This document shows positions 29,052-39,229 of a stretch of 64,000 bases of DNA, in pieces. Below the pieces are notes generated by a model. That model ran no database searches, was not told where the DNA came from, and worked only from the letters and a program-made list of their open reading frames with translations. Position numbers and translations under genes: made by a program. The DNA lies in IMG/VR virus record IMGVR_UViG_3300020608_000013, positions 124,001 through 188,000 of that record. One strand, given 5' to 3'. How positions within the stretch are numbered: the stretch's first letter is position 1; each line of letters begins with the position of its first letter.

Positions 29052-29130
29052 TACTTTACAAGATTTGGCTAGATTACTATCAGTATAGATTAAGTTTCAG
29101 ATAATAGAGTTTAGCCTACTAAAAATTTAC

Positions 29131-29904
29131 CTAGAATTTACTTACAAGTTGTAAAAATTGCTTATTGTTTAACGTATCTCCTTTATCAGTTTCAAGGGCA
29201 TCGTCAGCATTTTGTATTTTCTGCAACCAGTCGTCGTCAAACTTAATTGACTTGTAACGCACTGTACCGCGTCGCTTTATGCCAATCCATGCCGCTGAAT
29301 ATAATTTTAAAAGTTTAGCATTTTTATCCAGCACTTTACTAGACCAAATATCAGGTGTCTCGTCGCCCTTTAAACGAAGTTCGATGATAAACCGCTCATC
29401 TTCGCCCAACCCACCAATGCCCAACGACCGTATTTTTAACGCATCGTTTAGTTGAGACTCGTATGTGTCGATCTCTTTCTGGTTAGCGCGTTTTGTGAGT
29501 CGCGATAACGCTAAATCAAAATCTTGCTCAAGCTTATCTAAACGCGCCAAAACAATACGTTCAAATGCTTCCTCAGATGCTTTCACTACACCGTTTTCTA
29601 AATAAAAACCTTTGCCCAAATACTCGAATAAAGGGTAATTAACTAGTATCGCATTACTTGAATAACCTTTAGTGACAAATTCACCGTTCTTAGAATCAAA
29701 AACAGCATAATCAGCTTTTGTTTTTGCTGCTAACGTGTAGGTTAGGCTTTTAATATCAAGCGTGCCGTTTTCAACCGTTAAATATTGGTTTTTGGTTATT
29801 TTAGGTGAAATAACTGTTAGTGCTGGTTGTTCGGATGGGTCGATACCTGTTTTGATTAAATTAGCGTATGTTTTTACTTTATTGTCATGTAAATATAAAT
29901 GCAT
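29131..29904 (-). CDS. Putative tail fibre assembly/chaperone protein
   Basis: Follows a fibre-like gene; C-terminal helical KEIDTYESQLNDA segment resembles the E..TW..Q..EA pattern of fibre-assembly proteins. Confidence 0.5.
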   Translation of the reverse strand: MHLYLHDNKVKTYANLIKTGIDPSEQPALTVISPKITKNQYLTVENGTLDIKSLTYTLAAKTKADYAVFDSKNGEFVTKGYSSNAILVNYPLFEYLGKGFYLENGVVKASEEAFERIVLARLDKLEQDFDLALSRLTKRANQKEIDTYESQLNDALKIRSLGIGGLGEDERFIIELRLKGDETPDIWSSKVLDKNAKLLKLYSAAWIGIKRRGTVRYKSIKFDDDWLQKIQNADDALETDKGDTLNNKQFLQLVSKF

Positions 29905-29907
29905 TTC

Positions 29908-31428
29908 TTACCACTCCATTGTTAAGCTACCACCATTACTGGCGAGGTCAACAAAAACTATATGGTTAGTACCATCGGTTTTTGGTGTTAGGCTTAATAC
30001 AACTTCTTCAGTTGTAGGTAGTGTGGCTACACCATAAGCCGCACCTTGAAATGTATGGGATACTGCGCCCGATACTATTGTCGGTTGACCAGGCTGCGGA
30101 TTTATACCAGGTACTATAATTTGAGCAGGATTTTCAACCCCGTATACCATCGTGTATTGACCGAATCCCCAGCTTACACCAACCAAACTTCCTGCGCCGA
30201 CAGAACCTGTGCGTGTTTGTACTCCCGCATGTGTGGTCGCTGTTATTGAGTAATTTATAGTATTCCCACTAATTGATGTTACAGATGCAGAACCTGATAA
30301 GTTACCCCCATCGCCAGGTTTATTAATAGTTAAACTATAAGTGGGTTCGCCATATACGGGTGCCACGCTAGCGACGCCGCCGCCTCCGCGACCGCGCAAA
30401 ATAATGCTATCGACCAAACCATTAATTGCATAATCGGCGCTAGTAAATGCAGTTACACTACCGCTCGGATTACCACCCATCGTTGTATTATATGTTTCAA
30501 TTAGCGACTCTAAGCTACTTTCTACTGCATAGATACTAATTTCAACATTTTCACCCTCAACATGATCGCCAACATCAAAAACCAAATCATCATTATTCGG
30601 ATTTTGCATCACGCTAATACCATGATTACTACCATCAAACTTAACGTCTATAGTCGAGTTAGTGGGCTTGTTATTCACAGTCAATGTGAATGTGCTTCCG
30701 ATGTATAAATTCGCAGGTACATCACCAGTGATTGTTGTATTACTAACGTCAGGCGGCGATGCTTCAATTATCGTAGTCGAGGCATAAACGCGTGCGAAAA
30801 CATTACCCACCGCGTCTTCTAAAACAGCGTACACCTGAAAATTTTCGCCGCTAGTTAGCCCGTTGGGCAGCGTGAAAGTTAAATTTCCTGTAATACCTCG
30901 CGAAACAGTTATTGAAAATTCGCCAATTTCATCACCGTTAGCACGATATAGTTTAGCTTTGGAAATTAGTATACCGGTTAACACTGTAGAATTGGTAGTA
31001 ATAGTAACTTCAATCACCTGCCCAGATAAAGCGTTTGGCGGCATTGATATTACTGTGTTTGTTTTAATAGCACTTCCAGATGGAAAATCATAAGTATCTG
31101 CCCAATTAGCGATAGCAGTATTGAAGGAAGTAGTAAACTCGCTTTCAGTCATGCCACCTGTTGGGAAGTCGTACGTGCTCGCCCAGTTTGTAATAGCGGT
31201 GTTGAACGAAGACATGAACTCCGTTTCCGTCATACCGCCAGATGGGAAATCATAGTTGTTCGCCCAATCCGCAATCGAATTTGTAAAATAAGTAACAATT
31301 TGTGATTGGGTTAACAATACACCGTTGTTACCGTTGTCGTCGGTAACAAGTACTTGACCTTGAGCGGTATCTACTGTTAAGTCAATGTTTTCTTCAGGGT
31401 TTTCCTGTAGGTAGGAATAAATTCCCAT
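29908..31428 (-). CDS. Putative tail fibre/receptor-binding protein
   Basis: 506 aa, Thr/Ser/Gly/Asn-rich beta-type composition with Ig-like segments, N-terminal 27-aa repeats, inside a fibre operon. Confidence 0.55.
   Translation of the reverse strand: MGIYSYLQENPEENIDLTVDTAQGQVLVTDDNGNNGVLLTQSQIVTYFTNSIADWANNYDFPSGGMTETEFMSSFNTAITNWASTYDFPTGGMTESEFTTSFNTAIANWADTYDFPSGSAIKTNTVISMPPNALSGQVIEVTITTNSTVLTGILISKAKLYRANGDEIGEFSITVSRGITGNLTFTLPNGLTSGENFQVYAVLEDAVGNVFARVYASTTIIEASPPDVSNTTITGDVPANLYIGSTFTLTVNNKPTNSTIDVKFDGSNHGISVMQNPNNDDLVFDVGDHVEGENVEISIYAVESSLESLIETYNTTMGGNPSGSVTAFTSADYAINGLVDSIILRGRGGGGVASVAPVYGEPTYSLTINKPGDGGNLSGSASVTSISGNTINYSITATTHAGVQTRTGSVGAGSLVGVSWGFGQYTMVYGVENPAQIIVPGINPQPGQPTIVSGAVSHTFQGAAYGVATLPTTEEVVLSLTPKTDGTNHIVFVDLASNGGSLTMEW
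31072..31314 (-). repeat. Three tandem 27-aa (81-nt) repeats
   Basis: LTQSQIVTYFTNSIADWANNYDFPSGG / MTETEFMSSFNTAITNWASTYDFPTGG / MTESEFTTSFNTAIANWADTYDFPSGS. Confidence 0.9.
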
Positions 31429-31456
31429 ATAAATACTCCCCTATAATTGAAGATTG

Positions 31457-31789
31457 TTAAGCGGCAGATTTAGAGAAACCACGCGCATTTACTTCAATGT
31501 GATCGGTATCTCCACTGATTGTGATATAACTACCTGGTTTCAAGACCCAGCAAGTACGTTCTTCGACCTGTTTAGGCTCAAATTCAAAATTATTGAAAAT
31601 GTGGGTAGTAGCGCCATCGCTATTAAGCAACTTAACGGTTACTTTACCTGTATTTGTCTCGCTAAGATTAGTCACATATAAATGAACAGATGCTGAAACT
31701 TCTGTACTTGGTAGGGCTGGGAATAAAGTAACAGCGGTGTTATTACCTACTGTAGTTTTAACTTCATTAATAGGTGTTGTGTTCACCAT
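31457..31789 (-). CDS. Hypothetical beta-rich protein in the tail-fibre operon
   Basis: 110 aa, GAGG SD. Confidence 0.7.
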   Translation of the reverse strand: MVNTTPINEVKTTVGNNTAVTLFPALPSTEVSASVHLYVTNLSETNTGKVTVKLLNSDGATTHIFNNFEFEPKQVEERTCWVLKPGSYITISGDTDHIEVNARGFSKSAA

Positions 31790-31801
31790 TTGGGTAGTCC
31801 T

Positions 31802-33196
31802 CTAGTTATTAAAAAAGGGTGTGTTATTTATCAAACTATGTAGTTCGTAAACAGCTTTCTCAAGTTTGATTATTTTTTCATCTTTTTCTTCAATCGTTGT
31901 CTTTAACGCTACTACGCCATCTTTAAGCACTTTGAGGTCTTCTGACATTTTAGTATTTTTTACTACTTGTTCCTCAAGTGCGCGATTAACTAGCGTATTC
32001 ACTTCACTCTGTGTTTCAAAAGCTTCGTCAACTTTAGTATTTGTAGTCAGTTGGTCGTTGAGTGTAGACCGTATGCTATCAATACTATCTGTGTTCCTTT
32101 TAATTGATGTATTGTGGCCGTTTAGAGTTGATTGTATGGTTAATATACCACTTTCAATATCCTTAAGATTGTTTGCAACCACTACGTTCTCGACAGCTTG
32201 TTCCTGAAGTATTTTATCTACATTACCATTCCACTCTGTTTGTGTTGATTGTAATGTCTTAAGGTGTTGGTCAATGTTCTCGATGTCAGTAGTTATCGTA
32301 GCATCGAATGTTTTTTGATCTCTAAATGTGTCTTTTACTTCAGTATTAAAATTATTTTGTGTTAACAAAGCTTTCTCAATTAATGTCAATTGAGTATCGT
32401 TACTATCCACACGCAGGCTAAGGGCGTTATGTATCGCCATTGTGGGTAAGTCGTCAATAGCTTTTATTTTAATTTTGATGGGGTCGAGTGCAGATTTCAG
32501 ACTATATGGTGTAATTAATGTGTTGGTACTAAGACCTTCTTTCGTTTCTATCCTAGTAGCGAGGGCGCAATTTTCAACCTTTTCAAGCCCTAATTGTTGT
32601 TTAGTCACATTGTGCGGATTATCATCCATAGTAGTATGCGCGAGAAAAGTCTGGTAGCACTGTTTTGTTTCTGAAATAGCTGTTGCGACTCGACCAACCG
32701 CTTCAATTAATTCTGCATGACCGTTTACACGATTAAAATCTTGATCGTGAGGTTCAGGTGGGAAAATGTTCCACCGATCGGCCAGTTGGTCCCATGAAAC
32801 TGTTCGTGGGTTATAGGCACGATCAGCCAACAACTTATACACTTCAACATAATCTACTTTATTACCTACCCCAAGCGTCTGATATGTGACAGCGATAGTA
32901 CCTGCTAGTAGGGGGTTTAAAAAATGTATTCCTCCATATATCGGATATGTTCTAACGGTATTTGTTGCAGCAATGTAAGGTATTGTGAAACTATAGTCTT
33001 TACCTTCAACCAATTTTACATAATCACCATCATCGTTATAATGGAGTATAGTGAAGTTGTCGGTTATAAAAAAAGGCGATTGCTTTAAAATAACGTATTG
33101 GTAGGTTAAATCATTATTAGGTGTTAGCGTATGAAGTTCACTCTCTACCAAATTATCAACACTTTTACCCGTTTGATCTACCTTGTAAGTCTGCAT
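31802..33196 (-). CDS. phiKZ-like tail fibre/baseplate-attachment protein with C-terminal coiled coil
   Basis: VDQTGKSVDNLV N-terminus, YGGIHF, TYQTLG, NPRTVSWDQL, FPPEPH and the fibre motif NPHNVTKQQLGLEKVEN. Confidence 0.75.
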   Translation of the reverse strand: MQTYKVDQTGKSVDNLVESELHTLTPNNDLTYQYVILKQSPFFITDNFTILHYNDDGDYVKLVEGKDYSFTIPYIAATNTVRTYPIYGGIHFLNPLLAGTIAVTYQTLGVGNKVDYVEVYKLLADRAYNPRTVSWDQLADRWNIFPPEPHDQDFNRVNGHAELIEAVGRVATAISETKQCYQTFLAHTTMDDNPHNVTKQQLGLEKVENCALATRIETKEGLSTNTLITPYSLKSALDPIKIKIKAIDDLPTMAIHNALSLRVDSNDTQLTLIEKALLTQNNFNTEVKDTFRDQKTFDATITTDIENIDQHLKTLQSTQTEWNGNVDKILQEQAVENVVVANNLKDIESGILTIQSTLNGHNTSIKRNTDSIDSIRSTLNDQLTTNTKVDEAFETQSEVNTLVNRALEEQVVKNTKMSEDLKVLKDGVVALKTTIEEKDEKIIKLEKAVYELHSLINNTPFFNN

Positions 33197-33252
33197 AATT
33201 AGACCTCTTTAAATTATCTAGAAATTTAGTCAACCTATTACAAACGAGGAAA

Positions 33253-34464
33253 GTGATGTTAATTTATATAGCTTATCATTATAAATGTCGTAAAAAAGGG
33301 CGTTATACACGTACCGAAGCAAATGACAGCCTGTCTGATATATTCAAAAACCCTTATGTGAAAGCAGAGGTGAGTGAAGATGGTGTTGTTAAATATTTAG
33401 ATTTAGAACCTTATCGCGCACAATATGATCAATCACCCATAACAATAAGTGAATTCATAAACGCTTTAACAGATTACGAGCGTTTCTTATCTTTAAAACT
33501 CTACACACAGATCGATCGTGTGGAATATGAGGAATTATATTCTTGTGGGTATACGGTCTTCCTGGGTAAAGAAGGTGAATACGTCCCTGAAGGCTATCCG
33601 CTAACAGCGATGGACGATCTCATTATTAAACGCCCTAATAGTAGTTTTGATAAGCAAGCTTTCTTTGAAGCTTGTGTCGTTACAGTCAATGGGTTCCTCT
33701 ACCCTATAAAATATACTAATGACGAACTCTATGTGAGTAAGGCAGGTCGATCGCGACATATTACCCCAGTGACAAAACAGAACACTATCGGTATTATAAA
33801 CTTTCAAAACATAGGGGTAATCCGAACAATTCCTTTAGAAGATGTAACAGTCAACCCCTACATTGATAACATCGATCTGTTCAAAGGGTTGGTCATTAAC
33901 TATCCACGTAAAGAGGGTAAAAGTTATTTAGTGTCTATTGGTGGTTATCTACACCACTTTCCTACAGACTATCTACTACTTAATGATAAACTAACTATAT
34001 TTTTAGATAAAACGCCTTATATGGAGAGATTGTTAGATACTATACGTATGTTAGACGTTAGTCAATTAGAACTCCCTAAAAGCGATGACGCTACATTAGA
34101 TAAATCTTTCGTTACGTCAGATAGTTTCATCCGAAGGTATTTAAATATGCCTCAAAGTTTCATTATTGAGATCGATACACCGTTCATTGAGACTGAAGTA
34201 CAGTCTATTAAAAACGGAAGAATCCCAAATCGATTTCGTTGGTATGATGAACCGAGAGACCTACTAATAACAAATTACGGTAATGTTAGTAATTACGATA
34301 AAACGTATTACGGCGATTGGTTAGTAAAAGTTCTAGACCCTTTATCGTACCGCTATCGTCATAATGAGAGAATGCCTGAAAGATACGGTAATAGCGCTAG
34401 AATACCTGGCGTATACACACCATCAACCTTCTCTCATTTCCTTTCCATTTTAAAATATAGTTGA
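33253..34464 (+). CDS. phiKZ-like virion structural protein
   Basis: 403 aa divergent from the fibre operon; CVVTVNGFLY and YLVSIGGYLH motifs, SFIIEID near the C-terminus. Confidence 0.6.
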   Translation: MMLIYIAYHYKCRKKGRYTRTEANDSLSDIFKNPYVKAEVSEDGVVKYLDLEPYRAQYDQSPITISEFINALTDYERFLSLKLYTQIDRVEYEELYSCGYTVFLGKEGEYVPEGYPLTAMDDLIIKRPNSSFDKQAFFEACVVTVNGFLYPIKYTNDELYVSKAGRSRHITPVTKQNTIGIINFQNIGVIRTIPLEDVTVNPYIDNIDLFKGLVINYPRKEGKSYLVSIGGYLHHFPTDYLLLNDKLTIFLDKTPYMERLLDTIRMLDVSQLELPKSDDATLDKSFVTSDSFIRRYLNMPQSFIIEIDTPFIETEVQSIKNGRIPNRFRWYDEPRDLLITNYGNVSNYDKTYYGDWLVKVLDPLSYRYRHNERMPERYGNSARIPGVYTPSTFSHFLSILKYS

Positions 34465-34471
34465 TAATAAA

Positions 34472-34918
34472 ATGATCGAAATGATTGTCGCCCATACCCC
34501 CAACCGAGTAATAGGTTCTAACGGACACCTCCCTTGGAAAAATAAAAACGATATGGTTTGGTTTAAAAAGCATACCGTTGGTAAAGCTATCGTAATGGGT
34601 CGTAATACATATGACTCGATAGGTAGACCTTTACCAAAACGACGTAATATTGTTGTTTCTCGTACTTTAGAGATAGGGAGAATAAACAATATTATGGTTG
34701 CTAGAACACCACCTTTGGAAGGTAATTACATGGTCATTGGCGGTGCTGCGATATATGAGCACTATTTACCCTATGCAGATATACTTTATCGCACAATACT
34801 CCATAAAGAGTATGGAGGTGACACTTACTTCCCAGTAATCGATGAAAAGTTGTTCAAAATCGTTTTTGCGTCTACTGATAGTGACGCAACTTACCAAATA
34901 CTTGAGAGAAAAAAATAA
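34472..34918 (+). CDS. folA: Dihydrofolate reductase
   Basis: IVAHTPNRVIGSNGHLPW, DMVWFK, VMGRNTYDSIGRPLPKRRNIVVSR, VIGGAAIY, GDTYFP. Confidence 0.97.
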   Translation: MIEMIVAHTPNRVIGSNGHLPWKNKNDMVWFKKHTVGKAIVMGRNTYDSIGRPLPKRRNIVVSRTLEIGRINNIMVARTPPLEGNYMVIGGAAIYEHYLPYADILYRTILHKEYGGDTYFPVIDEKLFKIVFASTDSDATYQILERKK

Positions 34919-34967
34919 ACGACAAAGGTTATACACGTTACTATAGCTTAAGCTATAGTAACGTGTA
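34909..34967 (-). terminator. 36-bp perfect palindrome (34932-34967), 16-nt gap, then T7 on the minus strand; between convergent genes
   Basis: tacacgttactatagctt/aagctatagtaacgtgta; A-run 34909-34915. Confidence 0.7.
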
Positions 34968-34972
34968 ACGCC

Positions 34973-35140
34973 TTATTCTGTGATACACTCTAGGGCACAC
35001 AAGAAGATCGGGTCATACCCATGTTGATTTTCGCAAAGTACGGGTTTGTCTTCATCTTTATACTTATCTTCTAAGTAATCAATAAAAGATTTACGACCTT
35101 CATTCGTGTCGTCAGAGGTATCACGGCGATGTACCGTCAT
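34973..35140 (-). CDS. Small hypothetical protein (55 aa), not in ORF track
   Basis: MTVHRRDTSDDTNEGRKSFIDYLEDKYKDEDKPVLCENQHGYDPIFLCALECITE; GAGG SD. Confidence 0.55.
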   Translation of the reverse strand: MTVHRRDTSDDTNEGRKSFIDYLEDKYKDEDKPVLCENQHGYDPIFLCALECITE

Positions 35141-36215
35141 CGTTAGTTACCTCATTCTTGCGAGCATAGCGAAGGATCGCGTTTTCGATTTCGCTAAGTT
35201 GTCCTAAATCAATAGATGAAGGGTGTTGTCGAAGGTAGTGTGTGTATGCCTCCTCTACGGTATCGTATTGAGGACACACTTGTTTCACTGCATAGGTGAG
35301 TAGTCTTGTGTCCGTATAATCACTAAAGCTCGACCAAGCCGTCTTAAACGAACACCCTCTTTTTGCTAAAAGGGCGAGTACTCTCATTAGAGCCATTGTA
35401 CCGCTATCAATGTTTACGGGTATGAAAGTTCTATCCATTGTCTGTGCTGCGAAAAGAACATACTCATACCAACCTGGAACATTTCCAGGGTAGTTTTTAA
35501 TAGCGATCTTTTTTAGCACATGTGTTAAGTCGTCACCTAACTCTAGTAAAACATCTGCAATACTTTGGTCAGTCTCTTCACAAATTAGGGGGTAGAGGGG
35601 TAGTACTGCCTCATAACCTCCTTTTAAAGCCACTAAATTATTATGCTTTAGTAATAGTCGCGCCAAAGGGATTGCGTCGCTAAAGTGGTAAGTGATGTCA
35701 TTAGCGAGGTCTTCGTATTTTTTTCGACGTTCAAAACCAACATCGTTAAGTCTCAAAGCCTTTTTACCCAACGCTATGTAAGTCTTTTCTAATAACGACC
35801 ACTCCAAGCCATTGTTGATGTATACATGGTCTTTAAAGATATTATCATAACAGGTTGGGCTTGAGTCCCGTTCCCGCATTGTTTCACGGATAGTCTTGAC
35901 CACAAAGCTATTATTATGGAATAGCGCTCTGTTTAGCCTAAGCGCTTGAGGTGTATCGACATTTAGTTTAGCTAAAATGTTAATACTAACCGTTTCAGCG
36001 ACTGTTGCGCTATTTTCTGAACTTATTCCCAGCGTGGCATGATAGGCGTAGAACATACACTCTAAAGGTGTTATATCTCGATTATTCGTTTTAGCTCTTG
36101 CAAGTTTTTTATTCGCTTCACGAACCATATTATCCATGTCCTTGGGTTCTACAGAAGAAACTAGTCCAAGGTCTTTTACAAAAACTTTAATTTCGTTTGG
36201 GGTAATTGTATCCAT
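35121..36215 (-). CDS. Hypothetical protein
   Basis: 364-aa ORF. Confidence 0.8.
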   Translation of the reverse strand: MDTITPNEIKVFVKDLGLVSSVEPKDMDNMVREANKKLARAKTNNRDITPLECMFYAYHATLGISSENSATVAETVSINILAKLNVDTPQALRLNRALFHNNSFVVKTIRETMRERDSSPTCYDNIFKDHVYINNGLEWSLLEKTYIALGKKALRLNDVGFERRKKYEDLANDITYHFSDAIPLARLLLKHNNLVALKGGYEAVLPLYPLICEETDQSIADVLLELGDDLTHVLKKIAIKNYPGNVPGWYEYVLFAAQTMDRTFIPVNIDSGTMALMRVLALLAKRGCSFKTAWSSFSDYTDTRLLTYAVKQVCPQYDTVEEAYTHYLRQHPSSIDLGQLSEIENAILRYARKNEVTNDDGTSP

Positions 36216-36268
36216 TTTCTTTTACCTTGTGTTGAAGGGCCTGATGTATTAACAGACCCTTGTTAAAT

Positions 36269-36907
36269 TTAAAGAGTGTTAAGATAACTGTGTTGGTGGA
36301 TGTCTACTTTACTGTAGACTTCCTTAAAAGTTTTTGCAGTACCCACATCACCCTTTGACTCGACATCATCAAGTATGTCAAGCGCAAGTTGTGACAATTC
36401 TATAGTAATTGCCTGAGTGAACACACCGTTACTTTCTAAGTAACGTATCGCGTTGCGGTATCCCATACCGTCATCCACCAAGTTTAGAACTTTAGTAATG
36501 AGTTCTCTCGATGCAACGTCTGGCCCTTCTTCGATCATGGCTTTCGCATAAGGAGTCTGATGGTTCCTTAATTTAAAGCGATAAAGCCATTTGTCAATGG
36601 CTGTAAATGCCTTAGCATCAACCACTCTCAAAGAGGGTCTAACAGCGAAAAATTCTGTTAACCTCTCTAACATTTTTTCAGTGGAGTAGAAACTTAACAA
36701 CCACGAAGGACTAAGTTTTACACTTAGACGTTTAGCCATAAATGTAAAAAGGGGTGCGTTATTCTCACCTTTACAGTGACGCACCGTTGCTAGATGTTTA
36801 TGCCGATGATAGCATAAATAGAGTGTGTAGAAATCAGCAATCTCTCTCGGGTTGAGGTTCTTCACCTTACTAATTACTTCTGACGGGTTTCTCGCATCAA
36901 ATGACAT
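36269..36907 (-). CDS. Hypothetical protein
   Basis: 212-aa ORF. Confidence 0.75.
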   Translation of the reverse strand: MSFDARNPSEVISKVKNLNPREIADFYTLYLCYHRHKHLATVRHCKGENNAPLFTFMAKRLSVKLSPSWLLSFYSTEKMLERLTEFFAVRPSLRVVDAKAFTAIDKWLYRFKLRNHQTPYAKAMIEEGPDVASRELITKVLNLVDDGMGYRNAIRYLESNGVFTQAITIELSQLALDILDDVESKGDVGTAKTFKEVYSKVDIHQHSYLNTL

Positions 36908-37233
36908 TATTCACCCCCCAAGATTCTTGAATCGAGTCTAATCTGTGTTAAGATTAGGTTCACAAATTCTACTAGGACAGTAGGGTCTTTTTCACTAAAG
37001 TTTTTCAAGAAAGCTATAGTGTTAATATAACCTGCTATGTTAGACTTCATCATCCAGACATGGGTTTTTAAACAGGGTGATAAATCCTTATCACTAGTTA
37101 CGCTCATAATCTTATTCTCTATTTTCATTAAATAAGGTGTTATTTCTTCGTTAATGAATTCGAGAAAAGCCTTATGAGAGTATTTATCTTCCCGTGTATA
37201 TTTTTGATTTTTAGTAATTAATTTTAAAATCAT
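36907..37233 (-). CDS. Hypothetical protein
   Basis: 108-aa ORF, coupled on both sides. Confidence 0.7.
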   Translation of the reverse strand: MILKLITKNQKYTREDKYSHKAFLEFINEEITPYLMKIENKIMSVTSDKDLSPCLKTHVWMMKSNIAGYINTIAFLKNFSEKDPTVLVEFVNLILTQIRLDSRILGGE

Positions 37234-37463
37234 AATAAGTTCTCCCTTTTTAATAAACGAATTACTTCACTCTTTGCCATAATAAACCCACATGAGCATA
37301 ATAGTTTATGGGTGTTCTCTATCGTCAACTCTTCGGGAGCCAACGAATGTAAGATGTTTTTTATCTCATCACCCTTACACACTTCACCAGCGTGCTCGGT
37401 TTTAGACGTTAAGTCAATGTCGGGTATTGGTGTTAGCATTTTATCCCTCATCTGTATCAACAA
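37230..37463 (-). CDS. Hypothetical protein
   Basis: 77-aa ORF. Confidence 0.6.
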   Translation of the reverse strand: MLIQMRDKMLTPIPDIDLTSKTEHAGEVCKGDEIKNILHSLAPEELTIENTHKLLCSCGFIMAKSEVIRLLKRENLL

Positions 37464-37581
37464 TGTTTATTTCTAAGAAATCGTCAAAAGGGTAGTCGAT
37501 TTCCTCTTCTTGTGAGTCGTTCACGGTATCTGTTTCATGCACTTCTTCATGCTTTTCAGTGTCAATGAGACTTTTTTTCAT
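37441..37581 (-). CDS. Hyperacidic micro-protein (46 aa), not in ORF track
   Basis: MKKSLIDTEKHEEVHETDTVNDSQEEEIDYPFDDFLEINIVDTDEG; 17 D/E; AGGA SD. Confidence 0.6.
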   Translation of the reverse strand: MKKSLIDTEKHEEVHETDTVNDSQEEEIDYPFDDFLEINIVDTDEG

Positions 37582-37601
37582 GGGTAGTCCTATCTTTAAA
37601 G

Positions 37602-38351
37602 TTAATAGTGGTTTGTGTAGTGTTTAATACGCAACTCCTCATCTATCTTTTTGAAAAGAGCGCCTAAACTCCCTTGGGGTTCTTTTAAGTACATATCTCC
37701 CTCTAAGGCAGATAAGTAGGAGACTGCCCCAGGTAATTTAAAGAACATTTTAGTCAATAACGTGTGTTCTCCAAACACTTTCTCGAATTCCACGCTTTCT
37801 AGGAAGATATGGTCTAAGTCTTCATGATACACACGTACTGCTACAGCACATATCTGGTTTTGTATCATAAGGGGTAGTGGTTTCAACCACTTTTCAACCA
37901 TGTCTCTAATGAAGCCCTTACCACCAGGGTTATAATGGTAGTGAGCAAGTTCGGGAAACGTGAGTTTCTCCACATCAATATTTAGACGATCGACATCGAC
38001 ACTCTCCAAACTCGTTCTTTTTAGTAAAGATTCTCGGTAGCTCATCGCTAACAAATAGCGATGGGCTGGTACATTAGGGTCAGGTACTTTACTCTCTATA
38101 CAATGGTTGAGGAAAACCACATTTAGTATGTCCGTATAGTGGACATAATTAAAATCTTTCATTATATCCTCATACTCTTCTTTAGTACAGGGTGTTAAAT
38201 TATCGAGGTCTACGTGATCGCGGACTGAAACATCGCTTTTGATAGCATCTATCATTTTTGGCGTTAAACTCGTTACACCAAAATGGTATTTGTAGAACTT
38301 AATTTTGTCTAAATAACTTTTCCATTTAGTAAGTGGGTTTGTAGTGATCAT
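37602..38351 (-). CDS. Hypothetical protein
   Basis: 249 aa, GGAG SD. Confidence 0.8.
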   Translation of the reverse strand: MITTNPLTKWKSYLDKIKFYKYHFGVTSLTPKMIDAIKSDVSVRDHVDLDNLTPCTKEEYEDIMKDFNYVHYTDILNVVFLNHCIESKVPDPNVPAHRYLLAMSYRESLLKRTSLESVDVDRLNIDVEKLTFPELAHYHYNPGGKGFIRDMVEKWLKPLPLMIQNQICAVAVRVYHEDLDHIFLESVEFEKVFGEHTLLTKMFFKLPGAVSYLSALEGDMYLKEPQGSLGALFKKIDEELRIKHYTNHY

Positions 38352-38428
38352 CGAGTCTTCTCCTGTTTAACGGGTTTTCTTAAATCTACCAAGGTACGAC
38401 GGCATTCACCATCGTACCTTGAGGTCGT

Positions 38429-39229
38429 TTAATTTGCAGTAGTTGTAAGATTCTTTAATAAATTTACTAAGTCTATTAATGGTCGAATCTCTGGATATAG
38501 TGACTTTTGTAAGTCAAGTTCTCCGCAACCATTAACTTCGTAATGTTTCACCATCTCTTCTAACGGTGCTTTGATCACACTATCCTTCTTCAAAAAATCT
38601 GCAATAACCTCACACTCTTCTTCAGAGTGGTATTTAGCCACTACACGAAGAACATAGCGTTTTACGTGAGTCATGTTAAAAAACTCCTCGTGAGTGCCCA
38701 TGTAAATTAATAGGCTAGTTAACGACAAGATTTGTTTTGTAGGTTTTAATTGCATTAAAAAGGAAAGGTCGTTGTTTTTATTGGGAGGTAGTCTACGTTC
38801 TATAGCACGCTTATAGTAAGCTATTTTGTCGAAATATTTACTAACCGCACTATCCTTCGTATCTTGTACATACCCTTTTGGATATTTCAATGGGTCGTTT
38901 CTCATTAGGGTGGCAAGGTCTACTGCTTGTTCCTTGGGTATCTCAAACGCTTCCGCATGTTCATAGTAGTCTGCACTACCCCAATAACTGCGTAGATAAG
39001 ACGGTGTAGCATTTAATAGAGCGTTATTCGCAAAATGCTCGATTGTTGCAACAAATCGGTAGTGTTTGGGTATATCGTCTAAAGGCGGTCTTTTCTTTTT
39101 CTTGCTTTGAGTTCCAAAAGCGCTCAAATCGTTCCAATTGATCAATGTTCTATCAAATTCTTCAAGCGCTTCCAACACTTGTTTCTCTGATGGTGTTCCC
39201 GCAAGGTCTGACGAGTCTTCTTTAGTCAT
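38429..39229 (-). CDS. Hypothetical protein, paralog family A
   Basis: Shares YL.SYWG...Y.EHA, LTSLLI, FF.M..VK and LYPE motifs with 39785-40924. Confidence 0.8.
   Translation of the reverse strand: MTKEDSSDLAGTPSEKQVLEALEEFDRTLINWNDLSAFGTQSKKKKRPPLDDIPKHYRFVATIEHFANNALLNATPSYLRSYWGSADYYEHAEAFEIPKEQAVDLATLMRNDPLKYPKGYVQDTKDSAVSKYFDKIAYYKRAIERRLPPNKNNDLSFLMQLKPTKQILSLTSLLIYMGTHEEFFNMTHVKRYVLRVVAKYHSEEECEVIADFLKKDSVIKAPLEEMVKHYEVNGCGELDLQKSLYPEIRPLIDLVNLLKNLTTTAN

Noticed and set aside
31790-31804. TAG of the fibre gene is in frame with the next gene (12 nt gap), suggesting a readthrough fusion
   Set aside because: One-in-three chance event, and the gap contains a normal SD (TAGAGGA) for independent initiation
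34472-34918. DHFR as a trimethoprim-resistance (dfr) determinant
   Set aside because: Typical phage nucleotide-metabolism gene; no integron or mobile-element context, and the resistance phenotype cannot be read from the sequence
35121-36907. Paralogy between 35121-36215 and 36269-36907
   Set aside because: Only weak by-eye resemblance; not supportable without an alignment
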